Shown piece by piece: positions 57,385 through 64,000 of a DNA stretch of 64,000 bases. The stretch is from an uncultured Actinomycetes bacterium. Its GTDB lineage: Bacteria > Actinomycetota > Thermoleophilia > Solirubrobacterales > Thermoleophilaceae. The position numbers and the translations under genes were made by a program. Every line of letters begins with the position of its first letter. Position 1 is the first letter of the stretch. Below the pieces are notes generated by a model that did no database searches, was not told where the DNA came from, and was given only the letters and a program-made list of their open reading frames with translations. The stretch is from assembly GCA_963719375.1 (NCBI GenBank), contig CAVRBY010000001.1, forward strand, positions 186,322-250,321. Direction: 5' to 3'.

Positions 57385-57584
57385 CCTCGCACCAGGCTCC
57401 GGTATCGGGTAGTCTCTTGACGCTTCGCGGCGTTCGAGCCGCCCCGGGAGTGCTTATGGCCGCCTGGGCGGAGCGTGGTGCGAAGGAGGGGGCATGTGCG
57501 TTTTCAGGCGTCGGCGGGCGCGAGACGACCGTTGCGTTCGATCGTGCATAGCGCCTCCGTCCATGTTCCCGAGCAGGAGGGCTG

Positions 57585-58409
57585 ATGGCTTTAGAGGATG
57601 CCGTTACGAGCAGATTTGCGGGGCGTCCGGGAGGGCCCACCCTGACCGTCGAGTTTCCCCGCGACCCGAAGCAGTCCCTCAGCCAGGATCATGAGTGGTG
57701 CAACGTCCACATCGACGGCAAGCCACGGCGGATCCGCTTCCATGACTATCACGAGATCTACGCGATCCCGGGCCTCTACGAGCACCTCTTCTACGACATG
57801 CTCGAGTGCTGCTCACCGAGCGCCGTACGCGCGCTGCTCGAGGAGCAGCTGCGAGCGGAGGATGTTGATCCGAACGACCTGCGAGTGCTCGATCTCGGGG
57901 CGGGCAACGGCATGGTCGCCGAGCAGCTCGCCGAGATGGGCAGCTCGTCGTTCGTCGGCATCGACCTGATCGGGGAGGCCGCGGACGCGGCCGAGCGTGA
58001 CCGTCCCGGCCTGTATGAGGACTACTACGTGCTCGACCTGACGGCCCTCTCGCGGAGTCAGCGCAGAGCTCTGGACGGCCACGATTTCAACTGCCTCGCG
58101 ACGGTCGCCGCACTCGGATTCGGCGACATCCCGCCGCTCGCGTTCGCGGAGGCCTACAACCTGATCGCGGGCGGGGGCTGGATAGCGCTCAACATCAAGG
58201 AGGACTTCCTCGACGGCGGTCGCGACGCGACGGGCTTCAGCCGACTGCTCGGCAAGCTCTTCGACACGGGCTTGCTCGAGTTGCGCGCCCAGCGCCGCTA
58301 CCGCCACAGGGTCTCGACCAGCGGCGAGCCGCTCACCTACGTCGCGATCGTCGGGGTCAAGCACGGCGACGCGCCGGCCGAGATGGTCGAGGCTGCCACA
58401 CGCGGATAG
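57585..58409 (+). CDS. Class I SAM-dependent methyltransferase with an unrecognised N-terminal extension
   Basis: Motif I VLDLGAGNGMVAEQL. ATG 57585 follows AGGAGGG. Confidence 0.75.
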   Translation: MALEDAVTSRFAGRPGGPTLTVEFPRDPKQSLSQDHEWCNVHIDGKPRRIRFHDYHEIYAIPGLYEHLFYDMLECCSPSAVRALLEEQLRAEDVDPNDLRVLDLGAGNGMVAEQLAEMGSSSFVGIDLIGEAADAAERDRPGLYEDYYVLDLTALSRSQRRALDGHDFNCLATVAALGFGDIPPLAFAEAYNLIAGGGWIALNIKEDFLDGGRDATGFSRLLGKLFDTGLLELRAQRRYRHRVSTSGEPLTYVAIVGVKHGDAPAEMVEAATRG

Positions 58410-58440
58410 CCGCCGGTGGCGCCGGCGGCGGATCGCCCGC

Positions 58441-59268
58441 ATGGCAGCGTGGGATCCCGCCGTCGGCGCCTCGGAGCGCGTGCTGCAATCGCTGCCGGGC
58501 CTTCGAACGGCAGCCGACCAGTCCGCGGTAACCGCGGAGACCGAGCACCGCGACCGGCCTCCGCCGCGGGAACCGTGGCTGATGGCCCAGTCGTGGGTCA
58601 ACCTTCTGTTCGCCCACTGGGCGCTCGAGCCCGCGGCGCTTCGAGGCGTGGTGCCGCAGCCGCTGACGCTCGATACGCGCGAGGGGAGGGCCTGGCTTAC
58701 GATCACGCCGTTCCGTGTCGTCTCGCAGAGGCTGCGGGGGATGCCGCCGCTGCCTGGCCTCGCGAGCTTTCCCGAGGTCAACCTGCGTACCTATGTCACC
58801 TACGACGGCCGACCCGGGATCTACTTCTTGAGCCTTGACGCCGGAAAGGCGTTGGCGGTCAGGGCGGCGAGGCTGATCTTCCGGCTGCCCTACTTCGTGG
58901 CCGGCATGTCGGCCACCGAGGTCGGCCCCGCGACCCGCTTCGAGAGTCGTCGCGGCGGCACGGCGGCTTTCCGCGCCACCTACGCGCCGCTCGATGAGCA
59001 AGCCGCGCCAGTGCGCGGCTCGCTCGAGCATTGGCTCGTCGAGCGCTACCGGCTGTTCACGCTCGATAGGCAAGGCGATGTCCTCGTCGGTGAGATCCAC
59101 CATCCCCCCTGGCCATTGCGGGCGGCCGAGGCCACGATCTTCGAGAACACCCTTGCGGCGCCGGTCGGGCTCGCCCCGCAGGGGGAGCCGCTGCTGCAGT
59201 TCGCAGCCCGCCAGGACGTGGTCTTCTGGCGGCCGGTTAGGGTGGACGCGTGCGCGCGCTCCAGATAG
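58441..59268 (+). CDS. DUF2071 (YqjF-like) family protein
   Basis: PWLMAQSWVNLLFAHW..., FPEVNLRTYV, and general family length. Called from memory of the family. Confidence 0.55.
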   Translation: MAAWDPAVGASERVLQSLPGLRTAADQSAVTAETEHRDRPPPREPWLMAQSWVNLLFAHWALEPAALRGVVPQPLTLDTREGRAWLTITPFRVVSQRLRGMPPLPGLASFPEVNLRTYVTYDGRPGIYFLSLDAGKALAVRAARLIFRLPYFVAGMSATEVGPATRFESRRGGTAAFRATYAPLDEQAAPVRGSLEHWLVERYRLFTLDRQGDVLVGEIHHPPWPLRAAEATIFENTLAAPVGLAPQGEPLLQFAARQDVVFWRPVRVDACARSR

Positions 59269-60230
59269 TCGAGCTCGGCGGCCCCTCGAGCCTGCGCCTC
59301 GGCGACCTGCCGGAGCCCGGCCCGGAGCACATGCTCGCGCCCGATGGCGGCGTCCTCGTCGAGGTTCGCGCCGCCGGCGTGTCCTTCCCGGAGCTGCTTC
59401 AGTCGCGCGGCGAGTACCAGCTGAAGCCCCCGCTGCCGTTCGTTCCCGGCAGCGAGGTCGCCGGGACCGTGCGCTCCGCGCCCGAGGATGCCGGCCTGGC
59501 GCCCGGCGACCGGGTGGCGGCATTCTGTGCCCTGGGCGGCTTTGCGGAGCTGGCCGTGGCGCCGCCGTTTCTCACCTTCCCCCTTCCCGACGAGCTCGAC
59601 TTCGCACAGGGCGCGGGGCTCGTGCTCAACTACCACACCGCGTATTTCGCCCTCAAGCTCCGCGGTCGCCTGGAGGGCGGCGAGACCGTGCTCGTCCACG
59701 GCGCCGCGGGCGGGGTCGGTACAGCCGCCCTGCAGGTGGCCAAGGGCCTCGGTGCGCGCACGCTTGCCGTCGTCTCGAGCGACGACAAGGAGCGCGTCGC
59801 GCGCGCGGCGGGTGCCGACGACGTCCTGCGCTCCGACGGCCCCTGGAAGGACCAGGCCAGGGAGATCAGCGGCGGCGGCGTGGACGTCGTGCTCGACCCG
59901 GTCGGCGGCGAGCGCTTCCTCGACAGCCTGCGCTCGCTCGCCGAGGGCGGCCGCCTCGTGGTGGTCGGCTTCACCGCCGGCGCGATCCCCGAGGTTCGCG
60001 TGAACCGCCTGTTGCTTGCCAACACGGAGCTGATCGGCGCCGGCTGGGGCGCGTACGTGCTCTCGAAGCCCGAGCTCTGCGTGGAGATCGGCACCGCTAT
60101 CGACGAGATGATCGAAAGCGGCGCGGTCCGGCCGGTCGTCGGCGCCCGCTTCCCGCTCGAGCGCGGCGCCGAGGCGCTCGAGCTGATCGACGGTCGCGGC
60201 GCGACCGGCAAGGTCGTGCTCGAGCTCTGA
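59250..60230 (+). CDS. NADPH:quinone oxidoreductase / zinc-type alcohol-dehydrogenase-superfamily protein
   Basis: VEVRAAGVSFPE, VLVHGAAGGVGTAALQVAK, ATGKVVLE. Confidence 0.88.
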   Translation: MRALQIVELGGPSSLRLGDLPEPGPEHMLAPDGGVLVEVRAAGVSFPELLQSRGEYQLKPPLPFVPGSEVAGTVRSAPEDAGLAPGDRVAAFCALGGFAELAVAPPFLTFPLPDELDFAQGAGLVLNYHTAYFALKLRGRLEGGETVLVHGAAGGVGTAALQVAKGLGARTLAVVSSDDKERVARAAGADDVLRSDGPWKDQAREISGGGVDVVLDPVGGERFLDSLRSLAEGGRLVVVGFTAGAIPEVRVNRLLLANTELIGAGWGAYVLSKPELCVEIGTAIDEMIESGAVRPVVGARFPLERGAEALELIDGRGATGKVVLEL

Positions 60231-60282
60231 CAGTGCCGGCCGCGCCGGGGAAGCCCCGGCGCGGCCGCTACGGCGAGCGTCG

Positions 60283-61346
60283 TTACTGCAGGTTGACGGT
60301 CAGCGCCACGTTGCCGAGCGAGTCGCCCGAGTTGAACGTCCCGCCCGCCGAGCACTTCGAGGTGGGGTTGCAGAACTCATCGTTCAGCAGGTTCGCCGTC
60401 AGCGAGTTGATCAGGACGCCGGCCCCGCTGACCGTGAGGGTCCCGCCCGTCGGCGAGATCGTCTGCTTCGGCGCCTGCGTGAGGTTCACCGTCGCGACGG
60501 TCTGCTGCCCGGACGCGGCAGGCTCGCGAGCACGACCGGCGGGTTGACGAGGCTGAAGACGAGGCTCGAGAAGCTCGCCGTCGTGCTCCCCTGGGTGTCC
60601 TTCAGGCCGCCGGCGACGTCGATCTGGCCGCCGCCGGTCGCCGTGTCGATCGCGCCGCCCAGGGCCACGGGGAAGTTCGCGCCCCCGGAGGCGTTCGAGC
60701 AGCTCGCCGGCGTCAGCTGGGTCGCAGGCGAGATCGGAGTGACGGTGATGCCGTCATTGGCCTGCTTCTGCAGGTAGGGGTCGTTGTTGCACAGCACGGC
60801 GCTGCCGCTCATGGGGATCAGCTGGCGGTCGGAGCCGCTGTAGGAGACGGTGAAGGCCGGTCCGGTCTTGACCTTCTTGCGGCCCTTCAGCTTTAGCTTC
60901 TTGCTGATCAGGGCGGCATCGGACTTGCTCATGTTCGCGACGATCCCGAGCACGCTCTCCGACGTGTAGGCGGGGGCGTTGTTGCTCGTCTTTGCCTTGG
61001 CGAAGTTGAGCGCGAAGGTCAGCGTCTTGCCACCCACCTTGCCGGTCAGCTTGGTTCCGTTGATCGTCAGGTTGGTCAGGTTCAGCTTTTTCCTGCCGGC
61101 CTTCAGGGTCAGCGTCTGGCCGTTCAGCGCGAGGTTCACCGCGCGGCCGTTGGTCATGTCGATCACCGGCCCTGAGAGCGAGGCCCTGACGAGCGAGACC
61201 TTGACGCCCTTGAGCGCCTTGCCGCTCTGCGAGACGCTTGCATTGCCTGTCTTGAAGGTCGCCGCGGAAGCGGCGGCGGCGACGACGAGCAGCCCGGCGA
61301 GAGCGACCGCGAGGCTGCGCCCGAGCCGCGAGAGTGTTCGATCCAT
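60283..61346 (-). pseudogene. Lys-rich hypothetical secreted protein with one frame change near 60520
   Basis: Signal peptide (LAVALAGLLVVAAAASA). ..LVNPPVVLASLP continues as AASGQQTVATVNLTQAPKQ.. in the frame of ORF 60283-60489. Confidence 0.55.
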
Positions 61347-61385
61347 CCGTGTTCTCCTTCGGGAGGGTGCCGCATCACTCAAGAG

Positions 61386-61398
61386 AAGTGATGCACTT
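61386..61398. promoter_or_regulatory. Small palindrome in the divergent promoter region (possible TetR-type operator)
   Basis: AAGTG-ATG-CACTT in the comparatively AT-rich spacer between the 61346 (-) and 61463 (+) starts. Confidence 0.2.
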
Positions 61399-61462
61399 TT
61401 ACAAGCTTAAATGTCGCGGCCTTGGTCTGGCAACTCCGCGTACACGGCTTTACAGTGGCCCT

Positions 61463-62038
61463 ATGGGCATGACCGGGGCCCTGGCCGAGCCCGCGCGTGA
61501 GAGGTCGCGTTCCGACGCCCGGGCGGCGGTCGCGTGCGGCCGGCGCCGCTTGCTCGCCTGCGAGCGGATCGAGGCCTGTGCGATCGCGGATGAGCTCGGG
61601 GTCAACCGCACCACGCTCTACCGCTGGTTCGGTGGCCGTGACCGCTTCCTCGCCGAGCTGCTGTGGTCCCTCGTGCTCGACACGCTCGCCTGGGCGCGCT
61701 CGGAGGCAAGCGGCGAAGGCCCCGAGCTGCTGATATCGACCCTGCGCCTGTTCGGCGAGGCGGTCGCCGGCAACGCGGGCTACCGGCATCTGCTCAGGAC
61801 CGAGCCCGAGGCCGCCGCACGGGCGCTGTTCACGGCACCGGGCAACGTTCGCGAGCGACTCCTCTTGGCACCCGACAAGCTGCTTGGCGACGTCCCCGCA
61901 GCGGAGGGCGGACGCCTCGCCGCCGCGATCATCCGGGTCGGCCAGGCATTTCTCTACGGCGACCACCTCGGCGGCGCGGAGCCGAACCCGGACGAGGCGC
62001 TCGGCATGCTGCGGCTGATCCTGGCGATCAGCCCTTGA
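61463..62038 (+). CDS. TetR-like transcriptional regulator
   Basis: HTH segment IADELGVNRTTLYRWFGGRDRFLAELLW. ATG 61463. Confidence 0.55.
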   Translation: MGMTGALAEPARERSRSDARAAVACGRRRLLACERIEACAIADELGVNRTTLYRWFGGRDRFLAELLWSLVLDTLAWARSEASGEGPELLISTLRLFGEAVAGNAGYRHLLRTEPEAAARALFTAPGNVRERLLLAPDKLLGDVPAAEGGRLAAAIIRVGQAFLYGDHLGGAEPNPDEALGMLRLILAISP

Positions 62039-63512
62039 CAACGGCCGAGCTTCCAAGCGTCCGTCCCGCCCCATCGAGCGCCTTGACCTGGTAGTACGGG
62101 CCACCGCCGGGACGTGCGGTCGTCTCGAAGCCCTGGCTTTGGACGCTCCCGGTCGCGTTCAGCTGCGACGGGCTAGGGCCGGTGAGGACCTGCCAGCTCG
62201 CGACGTCGGTCTCGCCGTTCCAGCTCGCATAGAGGACGCCGCCCCGAGCGACGAGCGCGGGACCATGGCTTACGCGACCCGTCCAGGGGGCCTTGAGGGC
62301 GCGGTAGGACTGGTCGGGTCCGTGGAAATGGGCGTCGAACAGCAGCTGGCCGCTCGAGCTGAACTCCGAGAAGTACGGCTCCGCGCCCCAGCCCTCGAAG
62401 AAGTGACCGTCCGGGAGCACCTCGGTGCTGCCCTGGCTGCCGGCGAGCAGGCCCTTCGGGTGGTCGATCTGGACGGCGAGGGCCGCGGTCTGACCGCTGA
62501 GCGTCAGTTCGAGGCCCCGCGACTGCTTCTCGACCGGTGGCGCGCCGCCGTTGTCGAACACCGTGATCGTGCCGTTCGGGCCGAAGCGAGCGTCGTGCTG
62601 GTAGGCGAAGCCCGTCCCGGGCCCCATCTTGAACGAGCTTCGCTTGCCGCCGAGGCGCCAGTAGAGGCTGCCGTTGGAGTGATTGACGGCATAGACGGTC
62701 CAGGTGTTGCGCGCCGAGATCAGCAGGTCGCCGCGGGAGTCCTCGTCGACGGAATTGACGTGAAAGGCGTCCCAGGCCGTGTTGCCGTAGGGACGCGTGT
62801 ATGAGTCGTCACGGCTGACGTGGGAGAGCGGATCCCACTGGAACAGGACCCGACCGGTCTTGATGTCGACCTCCTGCACGACGGAGTCGTTGACCCAGCC
62901 GTTTCCCGGCCCGCCCCAGCGCGCCAGGTTGCGCCTCACCGGCTTGTAGGCGGTCAGCAGCGCGGTGCCGCGCGGGGTGATCGCGAACTCGTGGAGGTCG
63001 GCCTGATACCCGTTGCCGGCGTGGACGACGGCGACCGTGTGGTACGCGCTGTCGACGATCACGTCCTCACCCCGGCCGAAGCCGAGCGGGTCGATCTTGC
63101 CCTGCCACCAGCTCAGCACCGGGCGACCCTGATAGGTCTGCGGTTCGAAGTCCATCGCCACCTGCCCGCCGCCGACCGGGTGCGCCCAGACGGGGTTGCC
63201 GCGACTGTCGAGGATCAGCGGGCCGGGCTGACCCATGAAAGCGCCGGGCAAGCTGTAGTTCTTGATCGGGGCGACGAAGATGTAGCCTGGGTCGGTGCCC
63301 GCGGACTGGGAGGTGACGGCGACCGACGGCGGGTGCAGCCCCCCGCTTGAGACGAAGCTCCAGGCGCCGCGGGTGTTCGACTGGGCGCTCGCGGCCGGGG
63401 CGGCGAGCGCTGCCGCGACGACCAGGGCTTGAAGGACGATCGCAAGTCGCTTCACGGAGTTGTGAACTCGCGGGACGCCGGGAAGATGCGCAACCGTAGG
63501 CTTTCTTAGCAC
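62028..63512 (-). CDS. Arylsulfotransferase (ASST)-family secreted protein
   Basis: Signal peptide (LVVAAALAAPAASA). ASST-like beta-propeller sequence (..DLHEFAITPRGTALLTAY.., WDAFHVNSVDEDSRGDLLISARN, FAYQHDARF). An alternative start is GTG 63455. Confidence 0.65.
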   Translation of the reverse strand: MLRKPTVAHLPGVPRVHNSVKRLAIVLQALVVAAALAAPAASAQSNTRGAWSFVSSGGLHPPSVAVTSQSAGTDPGYIFVAPIKNYSLPGAFMGQPGPLILDSRGNPVWAHPVGGGQVAMDFEPQTYQGRPVLSWWQGKIDPLGFGRGEDVIVDSAYHTVAVVHAGNGYQADLHEFAITPRGTALLTAYKPVRRNLARWGGPGNGWVNDSVVQEVDIKTGRVLFQWDPLSHVSRDDSYTRPYGNTAWDAFHVNSVDEDSRGDLLISARNTWTVYAVNHSNGSLYWRLGGKRSSFKMGPGTGFAYQHDARFGPNGTITVFDNGGAPPVEKQSRGLELTLSGQTAALAVQIDHPKGLLAGSQGSTEVLPDGHFFEGWGAEPYFSEFSSSGQLLFDAHFHGPDQSYRALKAPWTGRVSHGPALVARGGVLYASWNGETDVASWQVLTGPSPSQLNATGSVQSQGFETTARPGGGPYYQVKALDGAGRTLGSSAVVKG

Positions 63513-63523
63513 GCGTTAAGACC

Positions 63524-64000
63524 ATGACCGCCTCCCCCGCCCCATCGCCGAGCCTCGACGTCGCCGAGATCCTGAAGCGGCGCGTGCGCGATGACATGGC
63601 GCTCGGTGATCTCTATCTGAATCCCCAGTTCGGTCGAGTCCTGCGCACGATCGGCTTTCACCGCAGCTGGGCGAGCGCCTCCGGCAGCGAGCTCGTCGAT
63701 GCGGACGGCGAGCGCTACCTCGACCTGCTCGGGGGCTACGGCGTCTTCGCGGTCGGGCGCAACAACCCGCGCGTCCGCCGTCAACTCGAGCGCTTCCTCG
63801 CCGCGGAGAGCGCCAACCTGCCACAGATGGCCGTTCCGCTGCTCAGCGGCGTGCTGGCCGAGCAGTTGCTCGCGCGCGCGCCCGCGGGCCTTGGCGCGGC
63901 GGCGTTCACGAACTCCGGCGCGGAGGCGGTGGAGTCCGCGATCAAGTTTGCGCGCGCCGCTACCGGCCGCCCCCGGATCCTCTATTGCGATCACGGCTTT
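63524..64000 (+). CDS. Class III (acetylornithine/GABA-type) aminotransferase, N-terminal part; continues beyond the window
   Basis: YLDLLGGYGVFAVGRNNP.., FTNSGAEAVESAIKFARAATGR. The frame is open to base 64000. Confidence 0.8.
   Translation, partial: MTASPAPSPSLDVAEILKRRVRDDMALGDLYLNPQFGRVLRTIGFHRSWASASGSELVDADGERYLDLLGGYGVFAVGRNNPRVRRQLERFLAAESANLPQMAVPLLSGVLAEQLLARAPAGLGAAAFTNSGAEAVESAIKFARAATGRPRILYCDHGF

Noticed and set aside
57385-57584. A possible riboswitch or a Cys-rich leader peptide (ATG 57494) in the 200-nt spacer upstream of the SAM-dependent methyltransferase.
   Set aside because: I could not match the sequence to any riboswitch consensus I know (SAM-I/II/IV, SAH) and found only short, imperfect stems. 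The small ORF overlaps the methyltransferase start out of frame and has arbitrary composition. It remains untested rather than supported.
1-64000. tRNA, rRNA, tmRNA or RNase P genes, and transposase or integrase genes.
   Set aside because: Scanning the intergenic regions by eye found no T-loop-type GGTTCGAATCC-like motif or cloverleaf. No ORF has transposase or integrase motifs. A computational scan (tRNAscan, Infernal) would be needed to be certain about small RNAs.

Overview
The window is very GC-rich (judged by eye, not computed) and reads as chromosomal core from a high-GC Gram-positive, Actinomycetota-like organism; lineage is inferred from gene content only. I support about 60 protein genes. 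They include a conserved minus-strand maintenance block (yebC, ruvC, ruvA, ruvB, secD, secF, recJ, relA), pdxS/pdxT, ligD, gluQ, a LuxR/histidine-kinase set, a Ser/Thr kinase, a CFA-synthase-type lipid-modification cluster, and many secreted or membrane proteins of unknown function. I found no rRNA, tRNA, CRISPR array, transposase, integrase or recognisable defence or prophage module. I do not see a clear multi-gene novel system.

The observations most worth a second look are:
- A 33-codon ORF between ruvC and ruvA that repeats the first 20 RuvA residues with almost only synonymous nucleotide changes.
- A 179-bp AT-rich element (four copies of AGATGATTGAT in alternating orientation, perfect 16-bp termini, CTAG flanks) between an RpiR regulator and a HAD hydrolase gene.
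- At least 25 inferred frame disruptions clustered in a few genes, densest at 38.8-44.7 kb, while large neighbouring genes are intact. This is either local sequence error or real gene decay.
- A secreted protein built on a 10-residue period, with two 148/150-identical tandem 150-bp units.
- A UfaD/UfaO/UfaM-like gene trio.

Long ORFs on opposite strands or in overlapping frames are treated as GC artefacts. All family calls come from motif recognition by eye, with no database search.
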